NCBI GenBank assembly: GCA_051294905.1
Contig: CM119372.1
Location: 32,614,001 to 32,678,000, forward strand
Reading direction: 5' to 3'
DNA length: 64,000 nucleotides
DNA from: Botryllus schlosseri
Lineage: Eukaryota
The notes under the pieces are model-generated. The model worked only from the letters and a program-made list of their open reading frames with translations, was not told where the DNA came from and searched no databases. The translations under genes and the position numbers were made by a program. Positions 25,603-36,430 of this stretch are shown here, one piece after another; the stretch's first letter is position 1; each line of letters starts with the position of its first letter.

Positions 25603-26826
25603 CAGTGTTGCCAACTCCGGATGGAAGAAAATCGCTAAAACTGGTGTCAAAAATCGCTAGATATCGCTAAATATTGAGAAAAAAGCGCTAAAAAATAGCG
25701 CTAAATCTGCATTACTTGCTCAAGGTGTTAAATTGAACCATAATATCAATACACTCTTCTCAATTGTATTTTACTCGTCTGGGGCCAAAGTCACTTATCA
25801 TATTTCTAGTTCATAATATGTATAATAGTATTCTCTAAGCGGAACAAAACGTGCAGTGCATTTCGGTAGAGCGGTTCGCTTTGCGCAATGATCGCTATAC
25901 GTGACCACTGACCAGGTTTGCAGGCATAACCGCTCACTATATAAGCGTGCCTTGCTCCGTGCGTCCGTGAATACGTGATGCGATGTACCGTGGAAATGCG
26001 CTTGACTTCTCTAAACTGAGTGGGAGTACTTGAACACGCGTGTGCGACTTGACACACTTGTACGCGACTTGCGACTTGACCCGATACAACACGACTTGAA
26101 CCGGGTTTGCCAGCCACTAAAAGTAGAGGACCATCCCGGAGTATGAAATTTAATGAATCTGGTCTTGGACGAGAGCTGGTGTCGCACTGATTCCGACAGT
26201 GCAAATTGGATTCTTGTAAAGACAATGGAACGACCTCAAGGCGGCCCCGGGAGTCTGGAGGTCGGCATTGATCAGAACAATCGCTGGACGAAATTGGTCA
26301 TTGTTATGTTCATTGTGTTGCGGCGGTGCCATTGTTGGAGCAATGCTGGTTTTCGGACTTCGGGGGCTGTTTCGGGGTGTATGGTTCCATTGTCCTGACG
26401 AGATTTTGTTTTGTGTCTTCGAGATCACTGCGACACTGGCTTTCGATCGGGGCCAATTATATCAAATTTAAGCGCTCAGGTCGCCAGATGTATAGCACTG
26501 TCAATTATGCTACTTTTAGATAACTCAGCAAGAAGAGACACTGTTTGCCCATGCGTAACCGTCAGGAGTTGCGTATCTATCCGTAGATTAGATAATGCTA
26601 TCATTAATTTCATCGGAGTCCGCACTCTGGTGGCAGATGCGTCGCCAGTCGTCGGCCAGAACCGATCTTTATTAGTTATTTTCGGTAAAAAAGCGCTAAA
26701 TAATCGCTAAATGCCTTTTTAACAATCGCTAGATTTATCGCTAGGCGCTAGATCCAAATTTTTTGGCGCTAAACTGGATGAAAAATCGCTAGATCTAGCG
26801 CGAAAATCGCTAAATTGGCAACACTG
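25603..26826 (+). mobile_element. hAT-type non-autonomous element (CAGTGTTGCCAA; AATCGCTA repeats), copy 1
   Basis: TIRs CAGTGTTGCCAA/TTGGCAACACTG; perfect TSD CACTGTGA (25595-25602, 26827-26834); second copy at 37036-43132. Confidence 0.93.
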
Positions 26827-27486
26827 CACTGTGATGCTAATAGCACATCAGCAGAAATATCATGACCGGGTGAATCATTGTGAATGTACATGGACAACAT
26901 GATTTTTTTTGGTCTATAAAATTTAGGAATAACTGGAATATGTGTTGCCAGATTTCGAAATTCCCAGAAAAACCGGTTGCCAGCTCTTAATATTTAGAGG
27001 TGGTCAACAAAAAGGATCCTATTCCGGCAAATAGACATGCAAATGCCTACATTTTAACGATAAAACCAAAAAATCAGATTCACCCCCTTGCGGGCTCAAA
27101 TGCAGAACTACACATTACTACAATTCGAAATGATTATCCAAACATTACCCCAAAAAATATTTCAGCCTTCGGAACACAATAGGGGACCCACCAGAATCCA
27201 ATGAAAATGGATCATTTTCAGGAAATAGATATGCCAGTACGGATATTATAACGGAATTCCAAAAATCATTTTCACTACTCTGCGGCGTCAAAGGCGTAAC
27301 TACATATATTGCTACAAGTCGAGAGGAGTATCCCAAGATTACCCCCAAAAATATTTCAGCCTTCGGAACACAATAGGGGACCCACCAGAATCCAATGAAA
27401 ATGGGTCATTTTCAGAAAATAGATATGCCAGTACGGATATTATAACGGAATTACAAACATAATTTCCACTAACCTGCGGCGTCAAA

Positions 27487-30458
27487 GGCCCTTTTCATAC
27501 TGGATTTACGAAACTCTTTCGGGAACACGTTCCGAAACAGGCGATGTTCACATAGAGAAAAAATTACCGAAACAGTTCCGGGAAAAGAGCGCGTTCATAC
27601 CTATTTAGAGTTACCGCGAACTTATGTTCATACAGGTCGTTTTTTCGGTAAATTCGCGGGAAATTATGGCCAGTATGAACGCGATTCTCCGTAAGTGTTG
27701 ATAGTTACGAAACCATGTATGTGGGGTGTTCCAGTTGTAATATGCTTGTGGAAAACGATGAGGGATAGGCATATTCGTGAGATGGGGAGAAGTTAGCTCC
27801 AACGTTTAGCTATTGGATGTTGCGGATATGCCTTCTCGATGTGTATGGGGCTCTATATACTCAATATACCAGTATCAGTAATAGAGCCCGAGCATGTTTC
27901 TGGCTTGTATCTTATCAACCGAAGCTGAGAGCAGAAACTGAAAGCCAGCAAAGAGGATAGAGTCCTGGAATGAAAGGAACCACCGATCACACCTGCGTAT
28001 ACAACAAAGTCAGTTTATCTTGGTGATTGCTGTATAATGGTTTGGGTAAATCTAATCGTATGTACACTGTACAGAGAAACCAGGGAATTCGAGAAATCCG
28101 TGAGAGAAACATTTGATATACTCTGCGACGAGCTTCGAGACCATAACGAAAAGCAGCCAGCAAATTATACGAGCTCAATTTCTCTTGCTTGCTGAGTAGC
28201 TGTCGCTCTTTGGAGGCTAGCCAATGAAGCCAATCGTTTATAGATCCAGGTAAACATCAGATGTATTTCAAGAAGGCAACTGTCACAAGTTGATTTTAAT
28301 AAAAATAATTCTGGTGCCTAGTAGGGCTAGACACAATGATTCGACTACTCGAATCTGAATCGAGGATTAACTTTATTGATTCGAGTCGAGTTGGATTGCA
28401 CAGATTGTGAACTTGCAAAGCCAATCAAAAATTTGATTAGTCTGGCAGCAACACTTGAAATGTGATGACTGAAATATCAGTTCCGAATCCGACGCATTGG
28501 CAGATCCATGAGCCAGTCACATTTTGATAGATCTTCGTACACCACAATAAAGCAGAATACTTTGTGATAGATTTATCAAAAGTAAAAATTTTCTACACGC
28601 CTAGCGCAACATCTTGTCACTCGATTTCTTGCTTTTAATATTGTTACCCCTTCGTAAAAATTAAAGAACAACGCCGAATCTACAACGCCGAATCTATCAG
28701 ATTGAGTCTAACTATATATATATTCGCAACCTCCCGTTTGCGCTCGCAAAAAGACCGTCGACTATGAAACCTAGGCACAAAATGATTGCCGCATGTTGGA
28801 CGAAGCTTTCGATATCGATATGTCCAGGTGCCGAATAGTCCAGTCCTTGCAAACTGAGCCCAGCGATATACAGCAGGCTTGCAATATAGTCAAGTGACAA
28901 TATTATTAATCTATCAACTTGAAAAAATTTGCGCGGCTAGTGGCCCGCAGAATATAGTTCGTCAATCGAATGTGGCGATTTGGCTGAAAAGGTTGGCCAC
29001 CCCTGTTCTAGTTGCTAGTTTGAAAATTTTTGTAGTTCTAGTTGAAGTTGCGCATTTTGAAATTCCAGTACTTTGTACAAGTATTGTGGGTGGTTAAAAA
29101 AATTACCACAGCAACATTTGTACCAAACATGCATTTGCCGCATTCAAGTTTTTCAGGATGACTTCACGATTGGGAGCCTGATGGTTCCGTACTAGCATAC
29201 ATAACTGATGACGCAGCCTATCCCTTTCAGCCCTGGCTCATGAACCCTTTTACCTGAAACACAGAGTATAAGCTAAAGCTAATTTCAAATATGTAATATA
29301 AATTTCCTTTCTGCTGCCCTTAAAATTCACAATTGCTTTTTCAGAAACTTAGCAAAGCACACATGAGGTTGAAAGATTTTGGTTGACTGAAGGTGCGGTG
29401 TTCGGCTTTTCTCAGAAACTGCAATCCGCTAAGGCCAGAATGATACAGAGGATGGTATACGCAATGAAGACAAGACCTGGTGGTGATCCAAGTATCGCTG
29501 GCCCAGACGTCGGAAATGCCCTGTGTGACTTTCTCAAATAAACAATGCTCTTGCTTAACCAGATGTGTTTGTGCTGTTTCATTTTATTCATGACATTTTA
29601 TTCATGAGAGAAACTATAGCTTGATGCACACTTGCACAGTTCCACCTTTTTCATCAGTATCCTCCATCTAGACCTGCGAAAAGATCAGATTAAGTTACAC
29701 TTGCATAACAAAGGAATGACTTGGTTGTAACAAGAAAATGAAGGCATAGGTGAAAACCAAATTATGGCTTGGATGATGTACGATGGCTCACCAGCCCGTT
29801 GGTACAATTTGAATTTTGGTTAGTGAGTCAGAGCTAAGGACATCATTCCCTGCTGTGCTGCCACTATCAAAGCAGATGTTACTAAATCCCCTTTTCAGTA
29901 GGTGTATATATGACGGTGACTGACCTACGCACATCATATCCGTGGTTAGAAACTTGCCTTTGATATAACAAATTTGGTAAGGGTAGAGATCACCTACCAA
30001 ATTAGTGTTGAAGTCCGAAAGTTTTCAGGCAACTCACCCAATGCTACATCATTTGGAGATGGTGTTGTACCTTTTTAGCTGTGCTCTGTTTACAAAACCA
30101 CAGAAAAAAGAAGCTGACTAGTAGTCAGTGACTACGTATTGTGAGCATACAGAATATATATCCAAGAATAATGCATTCCCAACACCATTACACAATAAGA
30201 TCAAAATGCCGCAGATAGCTGACCTCGAAATACAACCAGCCTGAATGAACAGCGCGTTACCGTAACTAAAAGTTTGATTGACAGCGTTCCGGGAACCCAG
30301 CTGCGCCATTCGCGTTCATACTCAGTCGGTCCCGTAAAAATCTCCGAAAATAAGCGCGTTCATACCGCCCCGAAACACCAGTGTTATGTTCACATAGAGG
30401 GGTTCCGGTAAACATTTTCGAGAAATGTTATTCCCGGAACCCCGGTATGAAAAGGGCC
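27487..30458 (+). mobile_element. PIF/Harbinger transposon, decayed
   Basis: TIRs GGCCCTTTTCATAC/GTATGAAAAGGGCC; 3-bp TSD AAA, confirmed by the uninterrupted repeat unit (GTCAAAGGCGTAACT); internal transposase remnants. Confidence 0.92.
28082..29400 (+). pseudogene. Harbinger DDE transposase remnant (HARBI1/DDE_Tnp_4-like)
   Basis: Reads RETFDILCDELRD...*VAVALWRLAN (28103-28225), YITDDAAYPFQPWLMNPF (~29198-29251) and KLSKAH...FG*LKVR (~29345-29397), matching Harbinger motifs; contains stops, deletions and MITE fragments (~28322-29005). Confidence 0.85.
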
Positions 30459-30504
30459 AAAGGCGTAACTACATATTGCTACAAGTCGAGAGGAGTATCC
30501 CAAC

Positions 30505-31049
30505 CAGGGTTGTAACCAAGTCACAAGGCTCCGAGTCACAAGTCAATCTCACTTTTATAGCTTTGACTCGAGTCAAGTCGAGTCATTTCAACTCATCGCC
30601 AAGTCAAGTCCGAGTCCAAGTCAGCGAGCAGAGGATCGAGTCCGAGTCATGGAATTATGACTCGAGTCCGAATCCAAGTCATTGTGCTGACTGCTCAGTT
30701 TCAGTTAAAGTCTTGGTAAACCCACTTTTTATCTCTGTTTGGTGATATAGAAGGTTCGCATTTATAATATACCAATTTCCTCACTTTTAGCAGTTTCGGT
30801 AGCATTTTCAATTACAGACAGACGAAATACCAATAGTGTGTTGGCTTCGAAATTACAGTGAAATGTCGGTCTTGGCCGTCTGAGTCTCGAGTCAATGACT
30901 TGGTTCGAGTCATGCGCAATGACTCGAGTCCAAGTCGAGTCAATACACAGATTGACTCGAGTCGAGTCGAGTCATTTCCATGTTTTGAAAAAATGACTCG
31001 AGTCAAGTCGAGTCATCAGAAAATCGTGACTCGAGTCATTACAACCCTG
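30505..31049 (-). mobile_element. hAT-type MITE (GACTCGAGTC family) inserted in the 192-bp array
   Basis: TIRs CAGGGTTGTAA/TTACAACCCTG; perfect TSD ATCCCAAC, also seen as the empty site in neighbouring units. Confidence 0.95.
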
Positions 31050-32522
31050 ATCCCAACATTACCCCCAAAAATATTTCAGCCTTCGGAACACAATAGGGGA
31101 CCCACCAGAATCCGATGAAAATGGATCATTTTTCAGGAAATAGACATACCAGTATTGATATTATAACGGAATTACAAACCTAATTTTCACTACCCTGCGG
31201 CGTCAAAGGCGTAACTACATATTGCTACAGGTCGAGAGGAGTATCCCAACATTACCCAAAAAAATATTTCAACCTTCGGAACACAATAGGGGACCCACCA
31301 GAATCCGATGAAATGGATCATTTTTCAGGAAATAGACATACCAGTATTGATATTATAACGGAATTATAAACCTAATTTTCACTACCCTGCGGCGTCAAAG
31401 GCGTAACTACATATTGTTAAAAGTCGAGAGGAGTATCCCAACATTACCCCCAAAAATATTTCAGCCTTCGGAACACAATAGGGGACCCACCAGAATCCGA
31501 TGAAAATGGATCATTTCTCAGGAAATAGACATACCAGTATTGGTATTATAACGGAATTACAAACCTAATTTTCACTACCCTGCGGCGTCAAAGGCGTAAC
31601 TACATATTGTTAAAAGTCGAGAGGAGTATCCCAACATTACCCCCAAAAATATTTCAGCCTTCGGAACACAATAGGGGACCCACCAGAATCCAATGAAAAT
31701 GGATCATTTTCAGGAAATAGATATGCCAGTACGGATATTATAACGGAATTCCAAAAATTATTTTCACTACCCTGCGGCGTCAAAGGCGTAACTACATTAT
31801 GCTACAAGTCGAGGGGAGTATCCCAACATTACCCCTAAAAATATTTCAGCCTTCGGAACACAATAGGGGACCCACCAGAATCCAATGAAAATGGATCATT
31901 TTCAGGAAATAGATATGCCAGTACGGATATTATAACGGAATTCCAAAAATCATTTTCACTACTCTGCGGCGTCAAAGGCGTAACTACATATTGCTACAAG
32001 TCGAGAGGAGTATCCCAACATTACCCCTAAAAATATTTCAGTCTTCGGAACACAATAGGGGACCCACCAGAATCCGATGAAATGGATCATTTTTCAGGAA
32101 ATAGACATACCAGTATTGATATTATAACGGAATTACAAACCTAATTTTCACTACCCTGCGGCGTCAAAGGCGTAACTACATATTGTTAAAAGTCGAGAGG
32201 AGTATCCCAACATTACCCCCAAAAATATTTCAGCCTTCGGAACACAATAGGGGACCCACCAGAATCCGATGAAAATGGATCATTTCTCAGGAAATAGACA
32301 TACCAGTATTGGTATTATAACCGAATTCCAAAAATCGTTTTCACTACCCTGCGGCGTCAAAGGCGTAACTACATATTGCTACAAGTCGAGAGGAGTATCC
32401 CAACATTACCCCCAAAAATATTTCAGCCTTCGGAACACAACAGGGGACCCACCAGAATCCGATGAAATGGATCATTTTTCAGGAAATAGACATACCAGTA
32501 TTTATATTATAACGGAAGTTAG

Positions 32523-33910
32523 AAACGTCATATTCACCCTCATCTCCTGCGGCCTCACAGACAGAACGGAATTACAAACAAAATCATTTCTAATCTAGTA
32601 AACCGCAAGGAGAGTACGGATCAGGAAATTGAAAATGCCGTCAGGGAATCTGCTGAGGCTTGTAAGTTTCCAGAGGGACAACAGCAAGATGCCATAGAAT
32701 TTTTCGAGCTCTGCAATATTCCCACAATTTTGGAAAAGGCCAAAGTGAATTGCGACACGCATATTGAATTACGAGGAGCTTGCCAATCCTGTGGCTTCAT
32801 AAATCAATCGACCACAAACAAAACAGTCATTCGTCTTGTTGTCGGGGATAATGCACCTGAGTCACTGGAGGACAATATCCGAAAACAATTCGATGATTCG
32901 ACGACAGAACATTGTTTGAAATGTAACTCTATGGTGGATATGCATCGTCAGATCTTGTCGACTCCGACTTTATTGGTCGTTCATGCACCAAGGAACGATC
33001 GCAGCAATATTCTTTCCTACAGTCTCGCAGCAGCGGAAAACATTAAATATGGAGGCAAGTGCTTTAATTTATACGCCGTAGTTTCAAGGCTTGGTGAATC
33101 GGTCAACGCGGGGCACTACGTCACCAACGTATTGAAAAAGGATGGTACCGCAGTTGTTTATGATGACAAAACCGTTTATCGAGAAAGCCGTGACGTTTCA
33201 TCTACTGTGAAGACTCAGAATGGATACATATTTTTTTATGTAAGACGCCCAGATAAGCGTCTGATTATAAGCGACGATGATTCTACCGCCGACGAAGATG
33301 AGACTCCAAAACAAAAAATTGTGAAGAGGAAAAGAATGAGACCAATTGAAAATGTGGAAATCAGGATGGAAAATGTGACGGAGTTCCAAATGATAATATT
33401 TAAAATACCACAAGAATTTGACGAAATCTTTGCTGACGGTTTAGTTTCGTACTTCGAAGTAAACAGCTTTGTGTGAAAGGCCTCGAAACGCGTGCCAGGA
33501 GCCAAATCATCAAACTCACAGATCTTTTCTTATCAACAAGAAATTAATGATGATGCAATCCAGATTGGCTCAGCGTACTCCGTCCAAAGCGCCGGCAGAC
33601 TTATTACCAGAAGATCAAATTGGAAACTTGTATTGGTATTTGATGTCGAAGTTATGCCTGCATAAGAAACTCTTCAGAAAATGTGTCAATTCGACTGTCA
33701 CTGTGCACGCGATCAGCACCACGTATCACGAATGTGTTCAATCCATCGGTCATCAAAAAAGATTGTGAACTGATGAAAGTGTTGGAGCCCGATTTTCGTG
33801 CAGATGAATACTTCCGACACGTTATACTCAAAGAGGTCTGCATTAAATATGTAATAATTGATCGCCGATTTTTACTTGTATCCTATATATTTGCGACGAA
33901 CTCTATATAA
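32523..33910 (+). pseudogene. Ubiquitin-specific protease (peptidase C19/UCH)-like fragment lacking the Cys box
   Basis: Frame open 32523-33476 with GQQQDAIEFF, CQSC and CLKC finger cysteines, PTLLVVH, LYAVVSRLGESVNAGHYVT...VYDDKTV and GYIFFYVR; no GxxNxGNTC box upstream; coding-like sequence continues through stops and a frameshift to ~33910. Confidence 0.85.
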
Positions 33911-34019
33911 CCCTGGTTTGCATTCGCATTTACGATCTAACGTGAATGTTTGACTTTAGACGAACATCAACGAACATGACATGACTCGACATTATTCCTG
34001 TTTTTTTTTCGGAAAAGTT

Positions 34020-36430
34020 TATGATTGGGATAGTCATTTCGACCTGTAGCACAGTGTAGTTCTGCCTGTGAGGCCGCAGGAGAAGGGGGTAAATATGATG
34101 GTAGCAATATGTAGTTACGCCTTTGACGCCGCAGGGTATAGTGAAAATTATGTTCGTAATTCCGTTATAATATCAATACTGGTATGTCTATTTCCTGAAA
34201 ATGATCCATTTTCATCGGATTCTGGTGGGTCCCCTATTGTGTTCCGAAGGCTGAAATAATTTTGGGGGTAATGTTGGGATACTCCTCTCGACTTGTAGCA
34301 TTATGTAGTTACGCCTTTGACGCCGTAGGGTAGTGAAAATGATTTTTGGAATTCCGTTATAATACCAATACTGGTATGTCTATTTCCTGAGAAATGATCC
34401 ATTTTCATCGGATTCTGGTGGGTCCCCTATTGTGTTCCGAAGGCTGAAATATTTTTGGGGGTAATGTTGGGATACTCCTCTCGACTTTTAACAATATGTA
34501 GTTACGCCTTTGACGCCGCAGGGTGGTGAAAATTGTGTTTGTAATTCCGTTATAATATCAATACTGGTATGTCTATTTCCTGAAAATGATCCATTTTCAT
34601 TGGATTCTGGTGGGTCCCCTATTGTGTTCCGAAGGCTGAAATATTTTTGGGGGTAATGTTGGGATACTCCTCTCGACTTGTAGCAATATGTACTTACGCC
34701 TTTGACGCCGCAGGGTAGTGAAAATGATTTTTAAAATTTCCGTTATAATATCAATGCGAGCATGTTTATATCCTGAACAATGATCCAGCCAATTTCATTG
34801 GATTCTGGTGGGTCCCCTATTGTGTTCCGAAGGCTGAAATATTTTTAGGGGTAATGTTGGGATACTCCTCTCGACTTGTAGCAATATGTAGTTACGCCTT
34901 TGACGCCGCAGGGTAGTGAAAATGATTTTTGGAATTCCGTTATAATATCCGTACTTGCATATCCATTTCCTGAAAATGATCCATTTTCATCGGATTCTGG
35001 TGGGTCCCCTATTGTGTTCCGAAAGCTGAAATATTTTTGGGGGTAATGTTGGGATACTCCTCTCGACTTGTAGCAATATGTAGTTACGCCTTTGACGCCG
35101 CAGGGTAGTGAAAATAATGATTTTTGGAATTCCGTTATAATACCAATACTGGTATGTCTATTTCCTGAAAAATGATCCATTTTCATCGGATTCTGGTGGG
35201 TCCCCTATTGTGTTCCGAAGGCTGAAATATTTTGGGGGGTAATGTTGGGATACTCCTCTCGACTTGTAGCATAATGTAGTTACGCCTTTGACGCCGCAGG
35301 GTAGTGAAAATTAGGTTTGGAATTCCATTATAATATCAATACTGGTATGTCTATTTCCTGAAAATGATCAATTTTCATTGGATTCTGGTGGGTCCCCTAT
35401 TGTGTTCCGAAGGCTGAAATATTTTTAGGGGTAATGTTGGGATACTCCTCTCGACTTGTAGCAATATGTAGTTACGCCTTTGACACCGCAGGGTAGTGAA
35501 AATGATTTTTGGAATTCCGTTATAATACCAATACTGGTATGTCTATTTCCTGAGAAATGATCCATTTTCATCGGATTCTGGTGGGTCCCCTATTGTGTTC
35601 CGAAGGCTGAAATATTTTTGGGGGTAATGTTGGGATACTCCTCTCGACTTTTAACAATATGTAATTACGCCTTTGACGCCGCAGGGTAGTGAAAATTATG
35701 TTTGTAATTCCGTTATAATATCAATACTGGTATGTCTATTTCCTGAAAATGATCCATATTCATTGGATTCTGGTGGGTCCCCTATTGTGTTCCAAAGGCT
35801 GAAATATTTTTGGGGGTAATGTTGGGATACTCCTCTCGACTTGTAGCAATATGTACTTACGTCTTTGACGCCGCAGGGTAGTGAAAATGATTTTTAACAT
35901 TTCCGTTATAATATCAATGCGAGCATGTTTATATCCTGAACAATGATCCAGCCAATTTCATTGGATTCTGGTGGGTCCCCTATTGTGTTCCGAAGGTTGA
36001 AATATTTTTTAGAGTAATGTTTGGATACTCCTCTTGACTTGTAGCAATATGTAGTCACGCCTTTACGCCGCAGGGTAGTGAATATGATTTTTCAAATTTC
36101 CGTTATAATATCAGTGTGGGAATTTCTATTTCCTGATAAATGATCCATTTTCATTGGACTTTGGTGGGTAATCTATTGTCTATGGTCTGTGATTTTGATT
36201 GTTGCGTCATACTGTGCCTTTTTGGCTTCAGTGTGCCGATAACTCTTGAAAAGAGGCACCCGAAAAGTCTTTGAGTTTAATAAATATACTGCTACAATGG
36301 ATGTTGTATTGAAAGCTGTAATCTATTGTGTTCCGAAGATTTAAATATTTTTTTGGGTAATGTTGGGATAGTCATCTCGAATTGCAGCACGGTGTAGTTC
36401 TTCCTTTGAGACTGCAAGCGGGTAAATCTG
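34020..36430 (-). repeat. Right tandem array of ~192-bp units, inverted relative to the left array (~11-12 units)
   Basis: GTTGGGAT recurs at 34273, 34466, 34658, 34856, 35048, 35244, 35436, 35628, 35821 and onwards; outer units are degenerate. Confidence 0.95.

Larger units (their letters stand above)
27000..32565 (+). repeat. Left tandem array of ~192-bp units (~10 units, interrupted by two insertions)
   Basis: ATCCCAACATTACC recurs at 31050, 31243, 31435, 31628, 31820, 32012, 32204 and 32397 (192-193 bp period), with further units at ~27137 and ~27329. Confidence 0.95.

Noticed and set aside
25806..26710. Cluster of overlapping ORFs in the hAT element
   Set aside because: No transposase motifs, and the frames are not preserved in copy 2 because of indels.
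29788..30309. Harbinger Myb/SANT accessory gene on the minus strand
   Set aside because: The position fits, but no Trp-spaced Myb/SANT motif is recognisable.
31050..36120. CRISPR array or repeat-protein gene (ORFs 32269-32598 and 34845-35186)
   Set aside because: The units are contiguous near-identical repeats with no unique spacers. The 192/193-bp length variation shifts the frame and several units contain in-frame stops.
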